Source: Chrysomallon squamiferum (taxonomy: Eukaryota; Animalia; Mollusca). From it: DNA of 64,000 bases. The notes beneath the pieces are model-generated. The model ran no database searches. It was given only the letters and a program-made list of their open reading frames with translations, and was not told the DNA's origin. The position numbers were made by a program, and so were the translations under genes. This document shows, one piece after another, positions 15,019 through 28,100 of this stretch. The number at the start of each line of letters is the position of its first letter. Position 1 is the stretch's first letter. The stretch spans positions 19,468,001 through 19,532,000 of the forward strand of contig CM022670.1 of NCBI GenBank assembly GCA_012295275.1, read 5' to 3'.

Positions 15019-17041
15019 TGTTGTAATAAAAGATAAACTCCTCGTATGGCTACACTGTTTCTTGTCCTTCATTTTGCCGAGCGCCTCTTTGTGTCTGTGC
15101 TATATGCAACTGTGTTTCTATATTCCAGTCTAAAATCAATAGACAAATGTACGGCAGGTTTACTGAACAATATAAATAAAAGATGAAGCAAAAATAGTTA
15201 TGCTACAATTTATTCAAACTGTTTATAATAAAATTCATTTACTCTTTTCTAGAAACGGTTAACGAAATATGAAATCAAATGATATGGCGGACGAAGTTAA
15301 ACGTTTAATAATTCAGTATCATTGTATAAATGAGGCCTGATTGCAATGGTATTTCGTTTTTTCCGCAAGAAGACAAATCATACAAAGAAAATCTATGAAA
15401 CATTTCGCTATTCTTGTATTAATGAATATTATTAGTTTCGTTAGATTTGTTGGTATCAAAAAACTTGGTTACAAGCAGCAAAACGTCAAGAGAAACAAAG
15501 GTCCGTAACCAAGCATTGCTATTATTATTAGATTTTTTTTCTCTCCAGAATTTATCAAATCTAGAAATATAGCAAACTGATCAGTTATTTAAAACATTAA
15601 ATATATTGTCGAGATGGAAATATTTTAATAACTAATGTTATATATTCCAAAAACTTATGTTATCTTAACAAACATTTCTTGAGATATAACAATACATTTA
15701 AGAATGAATAAATGTGTTTGTCTGAATATACACGTAAACACGATTATGTATAAAATATGCTTAGTTTGAGGTAATTATAGGCGTCAAAAGAAACTACGCA
15801 ATCAGACAAAAAAAGAACCAAGTAACTGATTATCGTCTGAATGTTTAGACAGTATATTCTTCTTTTTGTTTTTAAACTAGTTTTTGGATAATTATGTTTT
15901 ATTATTATGTATATTAGCCTATATTTTCAACAAAGTCCTGGAATAATGATATCAAAGTAAATCTTAATAATGATGTCATAGTCCTTTGACAAGAAAAATC
16001 TTAGAGAATTAGAAATCATTTATTTAAGTAATTGATAATATCCGTTAGATATCGGAAAAGAAAAATTCTAATTTATTAGGTTAAACGTTATTAACCAGGA
16101 AAATATAAATTATTCTGGCCTAACAGTGGATGTCCCTTTCCTATTTAAACAATTAATTGTAATTTAATCTTGTAACTGGTAAAATCAGGGGGATTAAGGT
16201 AAAAATTCAGTTTAAGCTCAATGTCTGTTATTTAACTGTCACATCAGAAACGCCCTTTATTACGATTTGAACAAAGTCTTTCGATATCTGGAATTTGATT
16301 ACGTCATTACCATGTATTCGACCACTTAATATTTGTAACAGTGCTGCAGTCGGAAATTGAGTATTACTGGTGACTTGAGGCGGAGATATTTACTACAATA
16401 AAACTGGAATTATATCCGTGTAAAAAATAAAATAAATAAATAAAAAATAAAGGAGATACAATGTAGTGTACGAAGAAAGTAAGAAAGAAAGAGTGCGAAA
16501 AAAACGAAGAAAGAATGAAATTTAGATAATGCAACAGTTCCTTTCTAGATTTTTTTTTTTTTTTTTTTTTTAAACATGTTTAGGTCAAATCGTATTTTTA
16601 ATTTTTATTTGTTTTTCAAAATAAAAGTAAAAAAGAATACTGAACGTGAATGTGAATACAAAAAGATAAAAGAAATATGATTTTAGTTGTTTGGTCACAT
16701 ATCATTATTATTCACATCGCATTATGAATTAGTTAAAAACTGTCGATTGATGCAACTAGTTATAATCAAAATGCTGAACAAGAATATCGTACATCAATAA
16801 ATATACAGAATCTTTTTGTTTACATTCTGTTATCGTTATATCTTTTATTATTATTATTATTATTATTTTTTTTATTAATATATATATTTTCAAATGAATT
16901 TAACACTGGTATTTTGGGTTCTGTATCTAAGGTAAAACAGTCCTCCAGATAAGCTCATTTTTCAAGTATGAGTAATCCCATATTAGCCACCATTTTGATC
17001 TGCTTTAAAGATACAGTTTATTTAAATAAAAAAATGCACAT

Positions 17042-17085
<44 letters not shown>

Positions 17086-17219
17086 TTACAGTGGTGAAGA
17101 ATCATTTATGTAGATTTTGATTTTCTTTCAGTATCATACAACACATAACAGATAATAATCTAAACTACTTCTAATGTTAGTATTGTTAGTCAAAATTTGT
17201 TCGTAAAAAAAAAATACAG

Positions 17220-17680
17220 TGCCGTTTTAAAATCACTTTTATTTCAATGAACTGTAACAAACGAAAAATAGTTTCATTTAATGTTGTTTACAGAAAATAT
17301 TAAAAACAAACAACAGACACAGTAATTTAGAAGTAGCTTATTTATTTCATTTAATAGTTATTTGTTTACAGAAAATAGAAAAAACAAAAATAATTTAAAA
17401 AATCATTTTATTTCATTAAATAATAAATATTTTTTCAGAAAATAGTGAAAACAAACAATATAATGGTTTTAAAAATCGTTTTTATTTCATATTTAATGTT
17501 TATAGTAAATAGTAAAAAAAAACAATAGAATAGTTTATAAAAGGATTTTTATTTCATTTAATTTTATTTAAAGTTTACATAAGATTTAGTAGTGTTAGGA
17601 ATAAAAACAAAAGCAATTAAAAAAAATATAATAATAAAAAACAAACAACTAAGACAGAATTATTTTAAAAGTAAGTTTAA
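17220..17680. repeat. Degenerate tandem repeat of about 60-70-bp units
   Basis: Recurrent tttatttcatttaat...tttacagaaaata...aaaacaaacaa blocks near 17238, 17272, 17341, 17407, 17481, 17548. Confidence 0.55.
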
Positions 17681-17685
17681 TTCAA

Positions 17686-17735
<50 letters not shown>

Positions 17736-19889
17736 TGATTTTTTTCTTGGCTGCTTTTATTTTTTACTTGTTTCTTCTTATTTTTATTTTTATTCTAGTT
17801 TCTTCTTGTACCTTCTTGTTCTTTGGTCCTTCTTACTTTTTCTTTTTTCTTATTTGTTCTTGTTTTCCTGTTTCTTCTTATTTTTGTTGTTTCTTCTTAT
17901 ATTTTCTCTTGTTTTCTTTCTTTCTGTTTGTATGTTTGTCCTTGTGTTTATCCTTCTAATTCTTAATTTGTCCTGCTAAATTAAATTTAGAAGTGTCATC
18001 CAAAATTGTAGAATAATTTAAAAAGTTAATTAAAATGAACGCTAATTTGGACGGTTCGCTAAAGTAATCTAAATCAGATTATTAAAGAACTTAATGCCCA
18101 TTTTGATAAATGCCAATTTCGAAAATTAATTTTCTACGAAGAACCTTAAATTTCTGGAAAACCCAGTCACTGAATCTTGATGACAAGTTGACAAATAACC
18201 TGAAAAATAAATAAAAGGAAACTTAAATTTCATGTACTCATGTCCGATAGCAGTAGCATATTTCAAATCAATTTACTTCTCCAAAATCCACAAACGACGT
18301 CAGAGATCTTCGTCAGACGCCATGTTGTTGCAACGTGCCGTGGAGTTCTGTTTTCATTTCAGTCATTATCATCACGCGCACACACACACACACACACACA
18401 CACAGAGAAAAAGTACACTTACGAAGGGAAAGAGTTAGTGACTCAGAGAAAAAGATAAATGTGCAAGTTTTATATACTAGTATGAGGACGTCTCTCCGTG
18501 TGTATTAGTTTTTTTTTATTTTTTTTTTATCACGATGTGGTTTTCGACAAGAAAACAAACATGCACATTCTTATACACACTTGTATATAAACGCACTTTT
18601 TATTATCACGGATATGTAAGTAGTTTCCTGTTTATTTAATAAAGGCGTCACGCTGTAGCTACTTGTGGTGATGGTGATGAATTAGATGCTACATAACTAA
18701 TTCACAAAAGATTATTTGATTTGCTATCTAATATTCTAATATGAAAGGATTTTAAACAGTAAAAAATGTATCGTAATATGTATAATGGTGAGATTCAGCT
18801 TGTTCGGAGCTTTCATTTTAGAATGGATTTTATTGTGTATTTAAAGATTTAAATCGTAGCGCTCGCGAATCGACTTTGCATGTCTTTTATAGCTTTTTTT
18901 TTTTTAAAGTTTATTTTGATTATTTTTTAAATATTTTATTTTTAGTTTTATAATCGTTATTTTTAACAATAAAAGCTATTACAGTTTTAGATTGCTTAAT
19001 GACATACACGCTCTGCAGCAAATATTTGTCAACGACATTGAAGTCATGCGAGAATAATTCTGAAAAAAACATTTTACAGAAAATAAAAATAAAATATATT
19101 ATCATGTAATGGTTTTTGTCAAGTTAGAAGGCATAAGAATTGATCCAAAATATGTTCAAGCCTTTGATCCATTACATTAGTCAATAACGCAATACTTAAC
19201 AATTTATATCAACATGTTTAGATACATTAAACATACAGCACTTGAAAACAAAGAAGAAACAAACCAACTTTTTGTGTTGTTTGTTTGACAGAGATTACAG
19301 GTTAATTATGCAATATATACAAGTATGTTATATATGTGTGTGTATATATCTTATCTAATTATCTGTTTTTCTGTCTGACTATCAATATACAGTCAAAGAT
19401 AAAAATGGTACATGTCAGTCTTACCAAATGTAAAGAGTTGCAACTTTGGACTTTTCAAATAGTAGTTAATCACTTTTTAATTCACATTTCTTTCAGTGCA
19501 AAAGGTAATATGATCATGTGATTTATAAAATAATTTTAAGAGAGAGAGAGTCAGTCAGTCTACTGTTGTCTGTGGTCTGTGTTTGTGTTGAATTAACAGA
19601 AATGAATGCTTTCCCAGTCTAAATCATAAATCATAACTGCATTTTTTGTGAAAGTCATCCTCCTTTTAGAGAGACTTTATGGAACTGCTTCTGATTTATG
19701 TCTTTATTAATATTAAAATACCTTATAGAATTTACTGAATTAATGTCAGAAATGTTTATTGCCGTTTGCAGAAATCATTTATTTCAAAGTTGAAAACCAT
19801 ATAAAGTTAACTGAAAAATAAATAATTACTTTTCCCATTCTTTTGTCTGCAGTTACACAATACCATGTATTGCTTTTGCAATTCCAGTC

Positions 19890-20034
19890 AGATCACTAAA
19901 CCTGTTGTTTCTGCGATTATACAGTAAGATCACTAAATGTGTTGTTTCTGTGATTCCACAATAAGATCACTAAACCTGTTGTTTCTGCAATTACACAATA
20001 AGATCACTAAACATGTCTTGCTTCTGCAATTCCA
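19890..20034. repeat. 37-bp tandem repeat, 4 copies
   Basis: AGATCACTAAA(C/T)(C/G/A)TGT..TTCTG..ATT.. units start at 19890, 19927, 19964, 20001, with no unique spacers. Confidence 0.85.
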
Positions 20035-21825
20035 TCAAATTGGATTTAGTCCAAAAGTGAATAATAAATGCTTAAAATAATATTCATATCACAGGTTAAG
20101 AAAATATCCAACAATAATATAAAGTAATATTATCTGGTTAATGTCATCATTTCCAGTATTTGTTACAAAAATATAAAGCTGTTAATAGTCTATGAATACA
20201 TTAACAGTTAACAAAACATTTATGTAGATGAAAAAATAGTAGCCTATATACCCATGCATGCATAACACCTTAATCATTATAATGTCATCTTTAATGTTTT
20301 AGTGAGGTAAATTAGTATGTGATCAATTAAAATAAATGTGAGAAAGTAATAACACACAAATTTGTAGGCATTGTCAAATATAGTTTTTATCATTACAAAA
20401 TCACCATTATGAATACTATTGATAATGGAATAATTGTAAAATACATTTGGCAAATAGAATTCCATATGAACATATATTGTTTTTTTGGTGGATGTTTTTT
20501 TTTTTCCAGATCTAAATCATGCTTAGCCAGCAACAATAGGTCACTACGGCAGAGTTGTGTTACTATAGAAGTGAAATGAGAAATAAACTAAGCATAACCA
20601 ATTTCAAAATGATAAATAATACATTACATACATAATGGAACACCCACAGAAAAAGAAATTTTATATTTGTTACTGTTTGTATATGATATGTATTTGTGCT
20701 TAGATGTATGTAATACTCCTCAAAATAAAAATAAAATTCAAGTGTTCTTCCAAAGCATTTTAGAAAATGAACATTAATAATTTAATAAAAAAGAAGAAAT
20801 GAAAAAAAGCATTCGTTCAAAATAGAGTATCAATTGTTCTTTGATGTACCCTTTTAGTGCCTTTGTTCAAACTTGTTATTTGTCATCAGTGGTTTAATTA
20901 CAAAATGTCAGCAATTACAATAACTTAGCTTTGTTAGAATGTCTGATAGTGTCTTACCCGATATATTTTCATGCAAGCATGATGAAAAAAGAACAGAAAT
21001 AAGACAATAGTATATCAGGGTGCAGACCATTCTAAAATAAATTTTTAATTATTATTATTTTTTAAAACTATTCTGAGCTAAGTAATATCATAATTTATGA
21101 TAATTTCCTGATGTCAAAAAACAAATAAATAATAAAATGATAATAAAATATTGTTTAATGTTCATATACATATATAAAGGTACATTTCTGTATTTTTAAA
21201 GAACTCTAAATATAGCCTATTGTCCAAGATAAATGAATACTTAAAAAAAAAAAAGAAGCAAATCCTCCCCAACAAAAACCCCAAACAACAAATAAATAAA
21301 TAAATACATAATACGGACTTTCTTACCTATAAACACCAGATTGAAGTTTGATATGCAGTAGTCAGTCTATAACCAATGTTCTATCAATATATGTGAAGTG
21401 TTACTTATAAACAATTGATAGCATTCTGGTAAATTCACCTTTTAACAGTATGGTCCATGAAAAAACATTTAAGTAAAGATGACAAAGTAGTTTCACAAAT
21501 CAGTACTGCATTTCATTTTACCAAAACCCATTATTTCCTTGGATAATGAATCAAGATAATTTGTTCTGAAAATGGATTTGTTTTCTATGAAAATATAATG
21601 TATGATGATACCACATGGTAAAGTATAATCACTATATTTTACAAAATAAAAAACTGTAAGAAAAAACACCAACCACACCAAAAAAAAAAAACACAGTTGG
21701 AATATACTCATTTCAAATTGAAATAACGATACTATTTTTGTATGTTCCATGAAAATCTGTAATAGACATTTGACAGAAATCTTTCTGTGCTATTCATCAA
21801 ATGAGACTGATTTAAAGGATAATAC

Positions 21826-21879
<54 letters not shown>

Positions 21880-23737
21880 TAAAATGACACTAATACAAAC
21901 ACAGTCACAAAAATAATTTTATTAAAAGATTTCTCTTATATAAAAGTATTCAAAACCTTTTCTTTGTCAACAAAACAAAAATATTTCTAACATTTTAAAA
22001 CAATAAAACTGTAACCATTATAAAACAATCAATTTTAATTACCTTCATCAACATAAAAATGAAACGGGAGTTGCCCATTAAAAGTAGATATTAAATTTTG
22101 TGGAAATGAGACAATTATTAAAAAGGAAAACAAAATTGGATTGGAAGAATATTGTGATATTATAATCTAACATTTTTTAATGTAAGAAATAACATCTTCA
22201 TTTGAAAATTAATTGTAATTAATTGTTTTTTTTCAAAACATCAAACTAAGGGGAATTTTTTCAAAAATCAAATATGTTATCAACATGATACACATGAACA
22301 TCTTCCAGGAGTAAGAACATTTAGTAAAACAATATATAATATACAATTTTGACCCTGGATAGAGAGAAGTAAAATAATGAAATAAAGTTTATTTCAATTT
22401 AAATGTATGTAAATTCACAATTAGAAACAATATATAACATATTACCTATAACAAAGCAGCGTTTTTATGTATAAAGATAAATGTGAAATATTTTGTTTTA
22501 AAATTTAACTAATTTTATTTTCATTCTGAAAACTATTTTTTTTTTTACTTGCAGAAATATCTGAAATATATTTCTTTCCACAAATTATATAATGAGTATA
22601 AAAAAACAACAATAACCCCAAAACCAACAAAAAAAACAATACAAAACAAAACAGGCATCTTCACCTTACAAAATAGTGTGGAACGTTAAACAGGTTTTCT
22701 TAATATGGACATATTACTTAAGCATCATCAAATTATCATTTAATATTTAATCTTGTCAACTTTTTTGCATTATTTATGCTCTGCTTCTAAGTTGTAGAAA
22801 AATAAAACCAAAAGATATATATATAAATTAAGACATTTCCTTTGTAGATATTTATATTTATTTGACTGATGTACATGTAGATAAAACCACTATTAAAGGA
22901 GAATATCAGCAGGAGAAATATCATCTTGGAATGCAACACCAGAAATCATTAAATATGGCAAATATTGAATTACCCAGTTCAGTGTTATACTGAAAAAAAA
23001 GAAAAAAAAAAGCAGTATTGTCTGTTTCTTCATAGTTGATGCTATTCAAAACAGCACTTAATTAAGCAATGTACTGAAATAGTTACTTCAATGAAAATTG
23101 TTCAATACAAATACAAATTAGTTCAAAATGCTACCATTATGGAGAAATAATTTTGAAGACTGGCAACTTCAAGACAAAAATAGGATGCTGAGATCATCCA
23201 AAGCAGAGAGAAGTACAATAAACCAGTCAAAAGATAAATTGTAAAGAAAATGACAGTGACAAACAATGAAAACTAGATTACTTACAATCTGTGCTGTGAA
23301 AGGAAAAACAATTAAATTAGGGCAAGCTCTGAGATGTTGGAGTGATGATGTTTCATGTAAAACAATGTTAGAAAATTCATGTGAATCATTCTATCATTTG
23401 TTGGCTAACCTTCAATAATATTTCCATATTATAAACGGAACAAAAAAGCAACTATTCTGCACAGTTTCTTTGTTCCTTGTACATGTTGAATACACTTGAA
23501 ACCTAAAACAGGTAACTAAATTAGTGTTTAAAATAGACTAAATCAGAAGAAAACTGTTTACAGAATGAAGTTAACATTTCATCTGATAATGCATAAGAAA
23601 TACCTAATTAAGTAGATAAGTCCTACAGATTCATAACCATTCTAAGCAGGTATAGTTATTGGTTTCAACAAAATAATGAATATTGGAACACTGAATTAAA
23701 ACAACACATAAAAAGCAACTGAAACCCCTCCTCAGAA

Positions 23738-25110
23738 TCAATTACTAAGTCTAATTCCTCTTCCGTATGTGAGAGGTTGTACCGTCTTTGCATCTGGACT
23801 GCAATTATCTGAAAAGCTGCCACTAAAACCAACACCACGGCCATAAGGAGATATTTTAATAGGACCACTGCTTCTGTTAATTTTCACATATTCTTCTTGA
23901 TAGACATTGGGTGTGCTAGTTAAATCTGGATAAGGGAAATGAGTGGATGAGGTGTGATCTGCTGGTGTATCAGAAGTACTTGTGACAGGATATCTTCCCC
24001 GGCCCACTGACTCAGAGGCAGTTGATGATAAACTGATTGTATTAGATGATTTACACTGAATACCTCTTCCAATACCACTAGGTAAAGATATTAATGTTGA
24101 TGGTGTACTGAAACATCCTGATGTTGTTGTTGTTAATATGTTCTTTTCATTGGATGAAGAAGTATGTGATTTATTCATGATGGCCTGCAGAAAAATTGAT
24201 GAACTTGGATCAGCAGAAGATATAAATTTCCCACTATCCTGGTCATTGGGTGAACCTTCTGCTGTTTGTTGTTTTGAAGATGTTTCAACTGCAGAATCAT
24301 GTGAACCGAACTCCTCTCCATCTTCATTTGAGCTGTTAGGAGAAGATGAATAGCTGTTTGAGGCACCCAATCCTACTGATGAAGGCAATAAAGGATGCAG
24401 AGACTTGGACTGTTTTTCAAGAAATTCAAATCGCTTTTGGATTTCTGCCTCTGAAAAATCAGAATCACTTGAACTCAAAGAAGTAACTGGTTTTCCACAA
24501 CCTTCATTTATAACATGCTGAGGAGACAATGGAACACCTTGACTTGACAACTGCTCGTCTCTCTTCATGTACTCTCTGAAAGGAATGTCTCCAAAGTAAT
24601 CATCACTGCATGCAGAGCTTTCACTTTCTGACACTGAATGCACTGGTTTTTCATGTTGATTTGCTGAATTATGATAATTTTTCTGGCTCCTCGGTACATT
24701 TGTGCAAAGTCTCCCTGCTGGTCTGATGACATAATCAGCAGTTTTCTTACCTCTTGCACTGGTTTGTGTCTTTTCCATCAGTTCCTTCAGCAGTTCAGAT
24801 CCAGACAATTCTGACTCACTACTTTCTTTAGTTTCACCAATTTTCAAGCTGGTCAATGACTGGGAAGATTTCAAAACATCTGTCTTAGTCTTAACATCAG
24901 ATGACCTCTCCATTACAGGATTATTATACTCTGGTCTTTTTAATGACAGAGGTTTATTTTCATGTTGGACTTCACTGTCATGTGATGATGGAAGAACTGT
25001 GTCACTTAATGGTTTAACATCTGTTTCTTTATCTGAGTCTGTTAAACAAGTGGTTTGTTTTTCTTTTATTGTGTTTCTCTCCTCTGAATGACTTCTCTTT
25101 TTACTGAAAC
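23738..25110 (-). CDS. EXD1: EXD1 terminal exon, Ser-rich low-complexity tail with four GRG motifs
   Basis: 1373-nt open exon, phase-compatible with the exon 11 donor; includes the 391-aa ORF of the supplied track. Confidence 0.8.
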
Positions 25111-28100
25111 CTAGAAAAAGAAAAAAACATTAGGTGATAACTAACATATTAACATTTCTGTATCATATTCAACCAGAAAGTTCTTATTGAAAAACATTTA
25201 AAAATTTCAACACAGACAACATTATGACAATGGGTTTTTGTCACTGTATTATAACATACCTGGTACAAATCAACCACACTCTTTTTTCATGTGTTAAAAA
25301 CTTTAACTTTTTATTTTATCACATAATTTTTCTTTTCTTTAGAAACTAACCTGGACATTTCTTGTTAATCCCTCTGTGCCAGATAGCATCAACACTAGCA
25401 ATGACATCAGGATCTAGAATACCAATACAATTTTCACTGAACCCATTTCTATCTTTGGTGGTGGCAGTGTTCCTCATTCGAATGGGCATTGTATAGTTGA
25501 AGTGTGATGTGTGAAGAAACTGATTAAAGTGTTGAAATGCAAATGGTAGCAGATGGCACGAGGACTGGTTGTGAGAAAAAAACAAAAAAAACAAAAACTT
25601 TTAATACATTTAAAAAAGATTCTGAGATATTCAGATAAAGCCTAAGAGTAAGAATGAGTGATATTTTACCTTAATGATGTAAGAAATGTCTTAAGATGAT
25701 AGTGACAGATGCTTATATTAAAAAGGTGTTTATATTTTAAATTCAATTTATATAACTAAATAACAGGATAATAGCACTTAACAGAAAATGAAATACATAC
25801 AGAATACATATATATATATATCTATATATCTCCACTAATCATTGCATTTTAATGCTTTTCATGAATAACGATTAAAGATTATCTAAGAAATGCACTGAAC
25901 TGAATTTTTATGAATAGTCTACTTATGAAATGATAAAACATACCAATGCTCTCTTTGCCTCTACATCTGACATATCCTTTACTTGTGCCAAGTATATGTC
26001 AACTCCAACTGTGAACTCTGTCATCATCTTCTCCATCAGAATAAGTCGAAGATCAAGTAGATGTTCTACATGTTTTATAGCAGCTTCCCTGACAAAGTTT
26101 GGAGCTGGTCTTTGACACCATATTTGCTGATCTTCCTATAATAATATGTATTTAAATCTTATTTTGAAAATATATTTTAAAAATACAACATTCATAACAT
26201 TCATACTGAAATACAACTATCTTGCTTAACTGTTATTTATTATGCATGTAACTAAGAATTAATTTTCTTTTTTAACTGTAATTTGATAGTTGAACAGGGA
26301 TGAAAATCAAATATGTTGTGTTTTTTCTGTATACTAACATTTATTATTGTTACTGCTAATTTGTTTTTCTTTTTAAATGAATGAAAAAACAGTCAAAGTG
26401 TTTATAACCTTTTTTGAGCTTTCTCTGACTCTCATGATGTGTACTTGTTCGGGACTGAGTTCCAGATGTGAGAACAGACAGGATGATAATCCAGAGACAT
26501 AGCGTGGCCAGTCCTTGTTCCTCAGTCGATGTATGATGACATCAGCTACCTGAAAGTGAACACACATTTTTTTCAAACAAAATTATCAGTGATATCAGAC
26601 TTTTTGGATAACTATAATTTATTTCAATCAATGGATGTCATAAATTTATTACATTCTGTTTCTTATTAATGGTGAAAGGATATGAACTTTTTCAAAAAAG
26701 ACTTTTAGGTGCTCATACCAGGAATCCTTTTGAGTATTGATGATTTACCTGTGTATCAAATATGTTGACAAGTTTTATAAGATGCTGATGGTAAAGAAGA
26801 TCTGAGATGAATCGGCAGTCATGAATTACCTGTGTTAAAAAAAAAATTATAACAACAATAATACACAATCTAAAATCATTATGGTTACTGCATTACAAAT
26901 ATATCTTACAATTTATGGTCTGAAAGCAGATAAAAGTGTATTAAAGATTGTCAAAGAAATGGCCATGATGGGGGAAGAAAAGAAGAAAAATAAAGAAAAG
27001 CTGTCTAAAGGTATAATTCTTATGTTATTTAGCCAGAAAATATTTAATACCATACAAAATATTATCTCTGCATGACAACTGATGAAAATTTATGGATAAA
27101 AAATCATCTTTAACGATAACCTACAAATAAAGGTTTACTGAAAAAAAGGAAGAAAACATAATAAAGAAACTAGCTGTTAAGATATAAATATCTACCTTAA
27201 GAACGTTTTGGGATTCCAAAATATCTCTGAACCCATCAGAGAAACATTTTGCACCAAGAGATAAAACATCAAACAGTATTAAATCATCTTTACTAGCAAC
27301 CTGCAAATGTAACCACACTTAGAATTTGAAATATTTTCATCCTGGAACACTTTTAACTGTTCTTTGTAGACATACATGTAAACGCAAACTAGTATTTAAT
27401 TCAAATTATTGTAATACATTTTACAGTTAAAAATGAAACTGATTTAAATACTGACTATTTTTAACAGAAATACAATTTAAATTCCATATTTTTGGTATTA
27501 TAAGAAAAATATTTCATATTTTTAAACATTAAAAATAAACAGTATTAAGAAAAGTGCTCTAAAAAAAATTAAGATACTAGAGAGTGAAATAAAAGTAGGT
27601 AATAAAAAATAGGCCATTAAGACATATAAACAATCTCTGCCATTGTTTAACTCACTGATATCCATGCCAATGTTCCTTCTCGTCCAATTTCCACACCTTC
27701 AAATGACAGTGCAATAATGGACTGTTGGTTTAAATAGGCCATCTAAAGGAAAACAAAAATGGTAAAAATGATTGAGCTTTCATGTTTATATTCCAATATA
27801 ATAAATCAGACAAATGTTGTCAAAACATAAAAAAAAAAAAAATAAATAAAAAATAAATTTGTCCATGTTGTTTACTTAGTAAATCACACCCACCCTTTTA
27901 CAATACGTTCTTCAAATTTCAGTTGTTGCATTACAAAAATTTTGAACTAGGATCAAATCCTATGTTATCAATATCTTAGTGAAAAAGTTATAAGTTGTTA
28001 TATTGATTATTCTCTCTATAAATATGTACCACTCTGAGGATTTGAGCTCTGATCCATATGAAATTTTCTAATAACTACTACCAGTAAAAGTATTTTATTA

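Noticed and set aside
18180-18460. Possible 5' UTR exon or promoter of the channel gene
   Set aside because: CpG-richer patch, but no convincing donor or start site could be assigned.
19890-20034. CRISPR-like periodic repeat
   Set aside because: Head-to-tail 37-bp units with no unique spacers, no cas genes, and a eukaryotic context.
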